DNA from: a virus | Taxonomy: Duplodnaviria > Caudoviricetes | Virus record (IMG/VR): IMGVR_UViG_3300044693_000257 | Location: 7,820-71,819 of that record | Length of the DNA: 64,000 nt | Reading direction: 5' to 3' (one strand) | Part shown: positions 1-7,486 of the stretch, one piece after another | How positions within the stretch are numbered: position 1 is the first letter of the stretch | Layout of the letters: each line of letters opens with the position of its first letter | The notes under the pieces: generated by a model | What the model was told of the DNA's origin: nothing | Databases searched by the model: none | The model's input: the letters and a program-made list of their open reading frames with translations, nothing else | Made by a program: the position numbers and the translations under genes

Positions 1-471
1 GACACTGAATACTGTGATGCCGTACTTCGGCGTCAACTCGTGCGCCATCTGTTTCGTCGCCATCAGGGCAGCGGCCTTGGACATGTTGTAGGCCAAGCTG
101 CTAGTCATCGGGATATGCGCCGCGTTAGATACGATGTTGATGACGGTGCCGAGAGACTTCTTGAGCGCGTGAAGGCATGCTTGCGTCATGTAGACAATGC
201 CGAAAGCGTTGACTTCCATGACGTGTTCGAGCGATTCGCAACTGACATCTTCGAACCACTCGTTGTGATTGATGCCGGCGCAGTTGACGAGCAAGTCAAG
301 ATGGTTCAGTTCACTCACCCAACCAGAAGGACGGATGATGTCATCGCCTTCACTTCGGTCATAAGAGAACACGGACCAATCCAAATTGACAAGAGCCTCC
401 TTGATGGCCAGGCCAAGTCCGCTGGACGACCCGGTGACGATGGCGGTCTTACACACTCTGCGTCTCCCCAT
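1..471 (-). CDS. Short-chain dehydrogenase/reductase (SDR), 3' end runs off the window
   Basis: Not in the ORF track. Manual translation of the minus strand gives KTAIVTGSSSGLG (TGxxxGxG), LLVNCAGI, VINIVSNAA and AYNMSKAAALMATKQMAHEL (YxxSK). Start is ATG 471 or GTG ~456. Confidence 0.88.
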   Translation of the reverse strand, partial: MGRRRVCKTAIVTGSSSGLGLAIKEALVNLDWSVFSYDRSEGDDIIRPSGWVSELNHLDLLVNCAGINHNEWFEDVSCESLEHVMEVNAFGIVYMTQACLHALKKSLGTVINIVSNAAHIPMTSSLAYNMSKAAALMATKQMAHELTPKYGITVFSV

Positions 472-1459
472 CCAAGCTGATGTTGTGATCATACACCAGG
501 TTCTCGACCATCGCTCCGTACACAATCATGTCGCGGATCGAGTCTTGATGGGTCAGGTCCGAGTTGACGAATCGCGTCAACTTCACAATCATCAACTCGA
601 ACAGATGAAAGATGTGAAAGTCGTCCGAGTTGTTCAGGTTCACGCCGTCCGGAAAAAGCGCCTCCATGACGCGACCGACCTTGACGGCATTGTCGCGGTA
701 CTTCGAGTTACGCCCGTCGAAAGTCTCTGCGGCTTCTTCGAGAATGCGCGCGACGGGATGGCGCGGAGGCGCTTCCGGCTTTCCTTCGGGCGAAATGATG
801 TGGAGAGTGCGCAGCGCCTCTTCGACGCTCTCCGCACCTGCCGGCTGATCCATCATAAAGTTGCCAGCAGGGGTATCCTGGGCGCGCGACTGCGCCGGGA
901 AGTATCCGTGTTCATTGACGATGGCGGCATTCAGCCCTGCCTCGCGGTACATGTCGATGATGTCAAGCCGATCATCATACGCCGCGATGACCTTCTTGCC
1001 AGTCTCACGCTCGAAAGCGCGCATGTGATTGACGAACTCTCGCTTGATGTCAACCGCGCTGCGACCGTCGTTGTCCTGGCGCATCAAGATCATGAAGTCG
1101 TGAACCGGCGCAATCTTGAAGTGATTGCTGATCCATTTCGCAGTCTTCTCGGCCACATTGAACGGGCGTGCCGTTGTGAACGTTATGAAGTCGCCATCCA
1201 CGATGTGCTTTTCGAGAAGCCGTGCGCCATGATCAATCAACGGATCGTCGCCGCAGCCGTCGTGGTAATGCTGATAGTCTTCGAACTTACTTGCACCTTC
1301 CGGAATGCGCCCACGACGCCAGATGTCGTTGCTGACGCAGCCGTCCAGATCGAACATAACAACATTGTCATTCAGAACTCGACGAGTCGGCTGTCCGTTC
1401 TGCGCTGTCTCTCTGATGACTCGCTCGCGATGTTCTGCGAATGCTTGCTGATAATCCAT
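449..1459 (-). CDS. HAD-family phosphatase fused to a C-terminal all-alpha DUF6378/dNTP-pyrophosphohydrolase-like domain
   Basis: VMFDLDG (HAD motif I), TFTTAR and AYDDR in the N-terminal half. C-terminal EAAETFDGRNSKYRDN...ELMIVKLTRF...DSIRDMIVYGAM. AAGGAG RBS before MDYQQ at 1459. Confidence 0.7.
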   Translation of the reverse strand: MDYQQAFAEHRERVIRETAQNGQPTRRVLNDNVVMFDLDGCVSNDIWRRGRIPEGASKFEDYQHYHDGCGDDPLIDHGARLLEKHIVDGDFITFTTARPFNVAEKTAKWISNHFKIAPVHDFMILMRQDNDGRSAVDIKREFVNHMRAFERETGKKVIAAYDDRLDIIDMYREAGLNAAIVNEHGYFPAQSRAQDTPAGNFMMDQPAGAESVEEALRTLHIISPEGKPEAPPRHPVARILEEAAETFDGRNSKYRDNAVKVGRVMEALFPDGVNLNNSDDFHIFHLFELMIVKLTRFVNSDLTHQDSIRDMIVYGAMVENLVYDHNISLDGETQSV

Positions 1460-1461
1460 AT

Positions 1462-2337
1462 CTACATGCTCCTTCCGTCTTTTGCTACAGGGTTGGCTTG
1501 GGCTATTGAATCTGCCGACCAAAAGGATAACCGCAGCGCCTCCTTCTCCAAGGACAGGTCCATCCATGGCCGATAGTGCGGGCATTGGTATGACTCGAAT
1601 TTGTCAGTCTGGCAATTCCATTCCCATTCGCCGTTCTCTTTGCTCAGTCCGAGCGACTTGTCCTTGGCCACACGCGGATCGCCTTTGTCGGCTTGTAGCA
1701 CGACAGAACCCCAACGCGGGAATGCGCACTGGCCCGTTGCGACACATGCCACCTGCAAAAGTGGATCGGTCCACGGATGGATCTTCAGCACTTCCTCTCG
1801 AATCAAGCGAAACACTTGCTGGTATTCGCCTTGCGTGCGTGCGCACAGACGCACCTTGGCCATGTCGCTAAGCGTCCGCAGGTTGAATTTCGCGTCGATA
1901 GCCGTTGGCATATTCGTCGGCAGGATCGAGCGCGCATCTTGGAGATTCGCGCCTGCGGCAATCAATTGCTTGTAGTTGGCGTCAATATCCGCCAGCGCGT
2001 CAGACCACAACCTGAACAGAGATTCATCAAACTTGAACTCATCCGGCGTTACGCTGTCGTAGACATTGACCTCCAGCGCGCGGCTCGTCTCCTGCTGATA
2101 CGCGCCTGTGCGCGTCCGAACCAGCTGGTGTGTGAAGTTCTTGGACACCCCTTCGATGTGGAAGATGTAGTCCACGAACTCGAATGGCGACTTGATCGTA
2201 TCAAGCATGTACTTGAAGTGCTCATAGCGTTCTGCCTCCGACATTTCAGCTGCAGTCTTGCCGCGCATGCGCGTGGTCTTCGTATCGACCAGCAATTCAA
2301 GCGCGTCCGGTGTGTACCGCTTCAATGTGACTTTCAC
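1462..2337 (-). CDS. thyX: Flavin-dependent thymidylate synthase (ThyX)-like protein, divergent motif
   Basis: SPFEF..YIFHIEGVS..FTHQLVRTRTGAYQQETSR, ARSILP, NLRTL..M..RLC.RTQ.E match the ThyX fold. GTG start with AAAGGA RBS. Confidence 0.85.
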   Translation of the reverse strand: MKVTLKRYTPDALELLVDTKTTRMRGKTAAEMSEAERYEHFKYMLDTIKSPFEFVDYIFHIEGVSKNFTHQLVRTRTGAYQQETSRALEVNVYDSVTPDEFKFDESLFRLWSDALADIDANYKQLIAAGANLQDARSILPTNMPTAIDAKFNLRTLSDMAKVRLCARTQGEYQQVFRLIREEVLKIHPWTDPLLQVACVATGQCAFPRWGSVVLQADKGDPRVAKDKSLGLSKENGEWEWNCQTDKFESYQCPHYRPWMDLSLEKEALRLSFWSADSIAQANPVAKDGRSM

Positions 2338-2395
2338 TTTCTATCCTTTCTTCGTGAGGAAGGCGCTATTGTAGCACCCTCCTTTGTGCAGCAGG

Positions 2396-2782
2396 TTACA
2401 GGCCTGTTTCGTTGATGAAATCCGCCAACCAGGCAAGCTCAGACGAAGTAGAGTTTCCGTTGATTCGGCCGCTTGCGAGGGTGGAGACGGCGCGCTCCAG
2501 TCGGTGAAGCCGATCAAGCACAGACAAAGGTTCGGGCTTCGGCAACGGCAGCGTATCCTTGAAGGTTTCCAACCGGAACTGGATGTGGTTGTAGTTCAAC
2601 CCTTCGATGCTGAGGGCTTGTTTGGCAGCCTCGACGATCTGCTCAATGGACTCGCCGCGTTTGTATTCGCGGCTGTGCAACCAGTTGTTGAGGATGAAAT
2701 CCTCGCGCATGTTCAAGCGCCTGGCTTCTGCACGCTTGGCGGCGTTGACCGCACCAGACAATTGCTCCGTTGCTGTGCTCAT
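2396..2782 (-). CDS. Hypothetical protein (helical)
   Basis: AAAGGAG RBS before MSTATEQ; co-oriented with neighbours. Confidence 0.65.
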   Translation of the reverse strand: MSTATEQLSGAVNAAKRAEARRLNMREDFILNNWLHSREYKRGESIEQIVEAAKQALSIEGLNYNHIQFRLETFKDTLPLPKPEPLSVLDRLHRLERAVSTLASGRINGNSTSSELAWLADFINETGL

Positions 2783-2873
2783 TCTTTCTGCTCCTTTCTG
2801 TTGTTGATTGGCGTAGAAGGTGCCAATTGGTTGGTGAGTCATGTCTCGATTGCTGCGGTACACATACTGCTCC

Positions 2874-3182
2874 TTAGTCAAGGTTCCGGTAGTATGCGTT
2901 GCGCTCGTCTTCTTCTCGCTCGTGCTTGAGTAGGACGTGGAACCATTCTGGTGTGTCCATAATGCCGCGATCACGCGTATTGTTTGCGGCCCAACGCTGG
3001 ATGGCAAGACCAACACTTGCTGCGTTGGGCTTGCCGCTGATGCCGAGTCGCGCCAGGACGCCGACATATATCTGATGAGCGCGCGCCGTCGAAATGCCAT
3101 ACTTAGCCCCGATTTGTTCGAAGGTCAGGCCCTCGGCCAAATGCTCCAGGACCATCTTAAATTCTCTTTCCCGCCTGTCCAT
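2874..3182 (-). CDS. Putative HTH (sigma70 region 4-like) DNA-binding protein
   Basis: EGLTFEQIGAKYGISTARAHQIY is a typical HTH pattern. Confidence 0.65.
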   Translation of the reverse strand: MDRREREFKMVLEHLAEGLTFEQIGAKYGISTARAHQIYVGVLARLGISGKPNAASVGLAIQRWAANNTRDRGIMDTPEWFHVLLKHEREEDERNAYYRNLD

Positions 3183-3243
3183 TTCTTTCTCACTTGCTGT
3201 ACGTGCGAGAATCATAATTGACTATCGCACGTACAGCACGACA

Positions 3244-3429
3244 TCAACTCAATTCGCAATAATAGTAAAGCTCTCGCTCTTTCCGGTAGTCTGCGGACAA
3301 TTGCCAACGTTCATTGGATTGATCCAACGCACGCTCAGCAGCTTGCATTTCCTGCATGGAGTCGAAGTGCTCGATGACCGATCCAACCGGAATGCCGCAG
3401 TTCATGGTGGTGATGAGGAGGCGGAACAT
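3244..3429 (-). CDS. Small hypothetical protein
   Basis: 61-aa ORF translationally coupled to the upstream HAD gene. Confidence 0.55.
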   Translation of the reverse strand: MFRLLITTMNCGIPVGSVIEHFDSMQEMQAAERALDQSNERWQLSADYRKERELYYYCELS

Positions 3430-3932
3430 CAGAAGTCACCGCGCGCAACTTGGAAGCATGGTACACCCTCGGCGCGCCACATCTCAACAACCTTGTTGCG
3501 GTCATCGAATACGGCACAGACGCGGCTGCGCTCTTGCTTGGACATCAGGTGGAGCCACTTACGCTTCAGCTGCTCATCGGGTGTATAGTCGCCTTCCGTG
3601 CGCATTTTGACCATTTGCTCCAGCTTAATCAGCGGGATGCGAGTGTAAGTGTGCAGCCACATCAGCGTCTTCCCGCGAACGCTGTCCTCTCGGGCGCTCC
3701 AGATTCGAACGTCGCAACCCACGGCATACAGCTGCAGCATGGTGCCGATCACCGGCCAGTTGGGCTGGTCGCGGTCGCACGCCTCATAGAACGCTTTCCA
3801 GTTCGCCTCCCAGCCCCTGACGTTTCCGACCGGGCGCGTAACGAAGTGGAGGCGATGCTCGATCAAGGCCAGCGTGCCGTCCAGATCGAAAATGTACAGC
3901 GGGTATTGGCCGGTGCCTTCGGTTGTGATCAT
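3429..3932 (-). CDS. HAD phosphatase, polynucleotide kinase 3'-phosphatase-domain-like
   Basis: YIFDLDGTLA, IWSAR, KRKW, VFDDRNKVVEMWRAEGVPCFQVARGDF (T4 PNKP phosphatase-like). Confidence 0.85.
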   Translation of the reverse strand: MITTEGTGQYPLYIFDLDGTLALIEHRLHFVTRPVGNVRGWEANWKAFYEACDRDQPNWPVIGTMLQLYAVGCDVRIWSAREDSVRGKTLMWLHTYTRIPLIKLEQMVKMRTEGDYTPDEQLKRKWLHLMSKQERSRVCAVFDDRNKVVEMWRAEGVPCFQVARGDF

Positions 3933-3933
3933 G

Positions 3934-4707
3934 TCAGTTCCTCTGTTTGTTGATTGATCTACTTCGTGGTGCGTTAACCATATTCAGTCTCAGTGGACTT
4001 TGCACCTGTTCAATGCCGTTCTGCTCTGCTGCATCAAGATCAGATTCTGAATCCAACAGAACAAGCACAGAAGTCTTTAGAGCGCAAACGCCGACTTCAT
4101 CGGCAACTTTCTGTAATTCATGGTTTGAGTGCTTTCTAGCTTTTAGCATCCGAATGTGGGCAGAAAGTCGTTCATCGACATTAACTGACTGGCCAATGTA
4201 TGTTTCTCCGTTAGGGGCTTGAATGCTGTATATGCCCATTCTACGAGTGCAATTAATTTTGAATGAAATGCCGTCACATTCACCAGCATGCTTGAAGACT
4301 GCGCGCATTATGTTCAGTTCTCTTTGAACTGTTGATGCCTTGACTGATGACAATCTGTGGAATACGTATTCATCCAGCATGGCTTGATCGAATTGTCCTA
4401 TGGTTGCATCGGCGATACTTTCTCTTAACCACCTTTGCGCAGTCCAAAACTCAACCTCATGGCCTCGATTAAAAATTGACGCCTCATCAAGATACCTTTT
4501 GACTATCACTCTGAATGGCAAATTAAAATTTGGCGATGACATGCCATTCTGAACTTCATCAAATTCTCTTTCTTTCTTTAATCCCCATGCCTTTGCGTCT
4601 TCTATGGTATGGAATGTGGAGCTTTGGGTCTTTTGGCCCTTTCTCCTGACCTTCACCTGATACGTAACTTGTCCGTTCTTAGACACTCTAGTGGAAATGG
4701 TGCTCAT
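3934..4707 (-). CDS. Fusion of integrase-like N-terminal arm/core-binding domains and a GIY-YIG endonuclease
   Basis: N-terminus YQVKVRRKGQKTQSSTFHTIEDAKAW...KASTVQRELNIMRAVFKHA. C-terminus GIYSIQAPNGETYIGQSVNVDERLSAH. No tyrosine-recombinase catalytic domain. Visibly AT-richer than flanks. Confidence 0.75.
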   Translation of the reverse strand: MSTISTRVSKNGQVTYQVKVRRKGQKTQSSTFHTIEDAKAWGLKKEREFDEVQNGMSSPNFNLPFRVIVKRYLDEASIFNRGHEVEFWTAQRWLRESIADATIGQFDQAMLDEYVFHRLSSVKASTVQRELNIMRAVFKHAGECDGISFKINCTRRMGIYSIQAPNGETYIGQSVNVDERLSAHIRMLKARKHSNHELQKVADEVGVCALKTSVLVLLDSESDLDAAEQNGIEQVQSPLRLNMVNAPRSRSINKQRN

Positions 4708-4775
4708 ACTGGCGAAGAAGATTGTGGTAGAAATCATAATCCTACGGCTTCTTGACGTGGTCATTTGCTCACAAA

Positions 4776-5189
4776 TTATCTGTCTGCCGCGCACGCATAG
4801 GTGGCGACAATTTCAAAAAGCGAGCCTTTCTCAATGGGCTCACCGCGAGACTGCAGCGGACCGTCAGCGAGCACAACTCCTCCACCGAACACTGTCATGT
4901 GCATTTTGGAGAAGGCGCGCGGAGAAGAACATTTAATATTGACGACTGCTTCGATTGCGTCTGCGCCACCATGATCTTCCGGGTGGGCGAAATCGAATCT
5001 TACGCCAGCAATTGTGGCGTTGCCTTGATGGTGTACTCGCCGTTCCACGCTTACTCTCGTCTCGCCGTCAACAGAATGGCCGACATATCGCCAAGCCTTA
5101 CCGGCCTCTGCTGCCCACTCAGGGATCGGTTGAGCCATTGCATTGAGACTTGCGCCAATCAGCGCGGCAACCAAAAGTAAGCGTTTCAT
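4776..5189 (-). CDS. Exported/periplasmic hypothetical protein
   Basis: Classical signal peptide MKRLLLVAALIGASLNAMA/QP. Confidence 0.7.
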   Translation of the reverse strand: MKRLLLVAALIGASLNAMAQPIPEWAAEAGKAWRYVGHSVDGETRVSVERRVHHQGNATIAGVRFDFAHPEDHGGADAIEAVVNIKCSSPRAFSKMHMTVFGGGVVLADGPLQSRGEPIEKGSLFEIVATYACAADR

Positions 5190-5203
5190 AATCCTCTCCC
5201 AGG

Positions 5204-6151
5204 CTATCGGTTCGCTAGAACCAGTTCACGCCCATAGGTCGAAGACTCCATGAGCCGTTGCACGATGTCAATATCCTTAACCACGTCGTCCAGAAGGATA
5301 TTGCGCCACGTCGCAAACCGCCCAATGCTGAATACGTTGAAGTCGCGCGTCAACTCATACAAAATCGCCTCGCGCTGCTGGCGCGGAATATCGACAATCT
5401 TGCCATACTTCTGATCGACACGCTCAATCTCCTCCAAATCAGTGTACGCGTCAAGTCCGAAGGAAGCGCAAACTTTGTCAAGTTCTGGGATTTCCGGATA
5501 CTTCCAACCAAAGCTGAAGTGGCAGTCCTTCATCTGCTCCACGATAAGCAGATTGCCTGTGATGCTGGCTCGGAACGTCCGCCAGTCCAACTCCGGAAAG
5601 TAAATGGTCTGGAACACATCCGTGCCAGCCGGAAGGCGGAAGCGCCGCACCTCAATGGGGCTGGCGCTGAAATCGCAAGCCGGAGCCGTCAAGCCGCACA
5701 ACTTCATGATGACCGGAAGAGGCGCGGTGCTGACGATCTTGTGCTTGTTGCCGCGTGGGATGTCATGGATGGAGTTCTCGAATTTGATGCGCTGGTAGTG
5801 TCGCTCAACCAACCGGTCATAGAAGTCCTCCGGAGCGATGAAGCGCGATGCCGTTTCGAGACTCCAGATCGATCGATCAGCAGCGATGCGGCCTGTGACC
5901 TTGCGCGCATAGGAGTTGGCAAACATCGGGTTGCACTCTGCATAGTGTCGCCCGTTCCAATAGATGCCTTTGCGCACCCGTACCTCGCGAAACGGGATGC
6001 CGGTCAGGCGCGACACTGAATCGTCGCGGAACCGAAGCAGCGCCTTGTGGTTCTCTGCGCGCTTTCCGGCCTCGTAAATGTCCGCTTCTTGAATCTTGCA
6101 TGCGGTGATCAGGCCAGCGAGTCCGGCCCCAACGATGATGGTTTTAGCCAT
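5204..6151 (-). CDS. FAD/NAD(P)-binding oxidoreductase (UGM/amine-oxidase superfamily-like)
   Basis: N-terminal IIVGAGLAG Rossmann motif with IYEA; mid STAPLP; C-terminal SIGRFATW. Confidence 0.8.
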   Translation of the reverse strand: MAKTIIVGAGLAGLITACKIQEADIYEAGKRAENHKALLRFRDDSVSRLTGIPFREVRVRKGIYWNGRHYAECNPMFANSYARKVTGRIAADRSIWSLETASRFIAPEDFYDRLVERHYQRIKFENSIHDIPRGNKHKIVSTAPLPVIMKLCGLTAPACDFSASPIEVRRFRLPAGTDVFQTIYFPELDWRTFRASITGNLLIVEQMKDCHFSFGWKYPEIPELDKVCASFGLDAYTDLEEIERVDQKYGKIVDIPRQQREAILYELTRDFNVFSIGRFATWRNILLDDVVKDIDIVQRLMESSTYGRELVLANR

Positions 6152-6176
6152 TTTTGACTGTACGTTTGTGATGGGC

Positions 6177-6204
6177 AAAGAAAAGCCCGGTGATTAACCG
6201 GGCT
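6177..6204 (-). terminator. Rho-independent terminator
   Basis: AGCCCGG-7nt-CCGGGCT hairpin followed by TTTTCTTT on the minus strand. Confidence 0.8.
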
Positions 6205-6259
6205 GATTATGGCTGACTTGCATGTTGGCAATCAGCCATGTGCTCGCTCGTTGCGAGGG

Positions 6260-7036
6260 TTATTCAGCTGCAGCGGGTTCGGGCTGGAGCGTCACGAAAT
6301 CCAGGTGGCCGCGCTCCTCCAGCTTGCTCAGGTACGAGCGGACCGATGCGCCATACAGAAACGGCTTGCATGACTTGGCCAAGTCTTCGATGGCGATGGT
6401 GTCACCGACGCTGTAGTTGTCCTTGATGTGCTGAAGGACTTTGCCACGCGTGCTGACGGCCTGCGGATTGCTGAAGCCGTTGCCTGTGTACGTGACGTGC
6501 GTGGCCTTCTCGCGGCGCTCGCCACTAATCTTCGTGGCCTCCTTGCGCTCTTCGATCAGGCGTGCGCGCTCGGCGACATTGGCCTTGCGGGCTTCCTTCA
6601 ACGCTTCCTTGGCAGCGGCCTTCTCCGCAGCTTTCTTCGCGGCTTCCTCGGCGCGCGCAGCCTTAGCGGCTTCCTTCGCAGCTTCGCGTTCGGCCTTCTT
6701 CGCTTCCGATTCCTGCTCGCGAGCAGCAGCGCGTTCGGCCTTCTTCGCTTCCTTCTCGGATTCGCGCTGTGCTGCCTTCTCTGCGCGCTCGGCTTCCTTC
6801 TGAGCGTTCTTGGCTTCGCGCTCGGCTTGCTTTTCGGCCTTCGAGGCTTCCTTTGCAGCAGCCTTCTCCGCGCGCTCCTTTTCCTTTGCCTCACGCTTGG
6901 CCACGCGCTCGGCTTCCTTTGCAGCCTTCTCCGCTTCTTTGGCTGCAGCAGCCTTTTCGGCCTCCGTCATTTCAGGCTTCGGATTGTGCTGCGTGTGTGC
7001 GTGGTGGCCATGCTCGTGGTGGTGCGCGTTTGACAT
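6260..7036 (-). CDS. Ala/Lys/Glu-rich putative DNA-binding protein with His-rich N-terminus and C-terminal winged-helix-like domain
   Basis: MSNAHHHEHGHHAH, ~150 aa of EKAAKEA-type repeats, then RGKVLQHIK..IAIEDL..SVRSYLSKLEERGHL. AGGAG RBS. Confidence 0.75.
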   Translation of the reverse strand: MSNAHHHEHGHHAHTQHNPKPEMTEAEKAAAAKEAEKAAKEAERVAKREAKEKERAEKAAAKEASKAEKQAEREAKNAQKEAERAEKAAQRESEKEAKKAERAAAREQESEAKKAEREAAKEAAKAARAEEAAKKAAEKAAAKEALKEARKANVAERARLIEERKEATKISGERREKATHVTYTGNGFSNPQAVSTRGKVLQHIKDNYSVGDTIAIEDLAKSCKPFLYGASVRSYLSKLEERGHLDFVTLQPEPAAAE

Positions 7037-7237
7037 ATTCTCTTCTCCTGAATGGTTGACGTTCAACAAAGGGTCAACGACAAAACGCCGTCGGTGCAAG
7101 AATTTTACCTGCGCCCGTCAGCGTTGTAGTGTTCAGTCGCGTTCCCTTTGCCGCGCCTCCTCTTTACTCCTCAGTGTGTTGAAAGGGTTCACAGTCCATT
7201 GGCCAAACAACAACATCCACATCGTCCAGAACATCAT

Positions 7238-7462
7238 TTACAACTCCCATTCCATCAACCTGCACAAGCCTTCGATAAGATTGTCAACAAAAGCGTTGGT
7301 GAACTCGTCGGAGACACTTAGGGTGAACTCTTGATCTGCCATGTTCTGGACGAACCGGCGGGCCGTAATCTTGCGCTCGTGCAGCTTTGCCTCTTGAAGC
7401 GTATCGAAGAAGGCCACCGGATCAAGATCAGTGGAGAACTTGGTGTGTTCGTTGATGGTCAT
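7238..7462 (-). CDS. Hypothetical protein
   Basis: 74-aa ORF co-oriented directly downstream of the helicase. Confidence 0.6.
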   Translation of the reverse strand: MTINEHTKFSTDLDPVAFFDTLQEAKLHERKITARRFVQNMADQEFTLSVSDEFTNAFVDNLIEGLCRLMEWEL

Positions 7463-7486
7463 TTTTTTGGTCCTTGGTGGCGCCGG

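Noticed and set aside
40-70. Apparent frameshift in the SDR gene
   Set aside because: Re-reading across the line break gives CTG ATG GCG ACG AAA in frame. The ORF is intact and absent from the track only because it runs off the window.
386-1576. 396-aa plus-strand ORF and similar long antisense ORFs (e.g. 40476-41798, 50356-51489, 62692-63597)
   Set aside because: They lie antisense to genes with clear family motifs and are typical high-GC shadow frames.
3934-4707. Integrase, implying a temperate lifestyle or prophage
   Set aside because: Only N-terminal binding domains are present; there are no R-H-R-Y catalytic motifs, no repressor module and no flanking host genes.
6428-7334. Long plus-strand ORFs opposite the EAK-repeat gene
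   Set aside because: Shadow ORFs caused by GCN/GAR/AAG repeat codons lacking antisense stops; no RBS or protein-like content.
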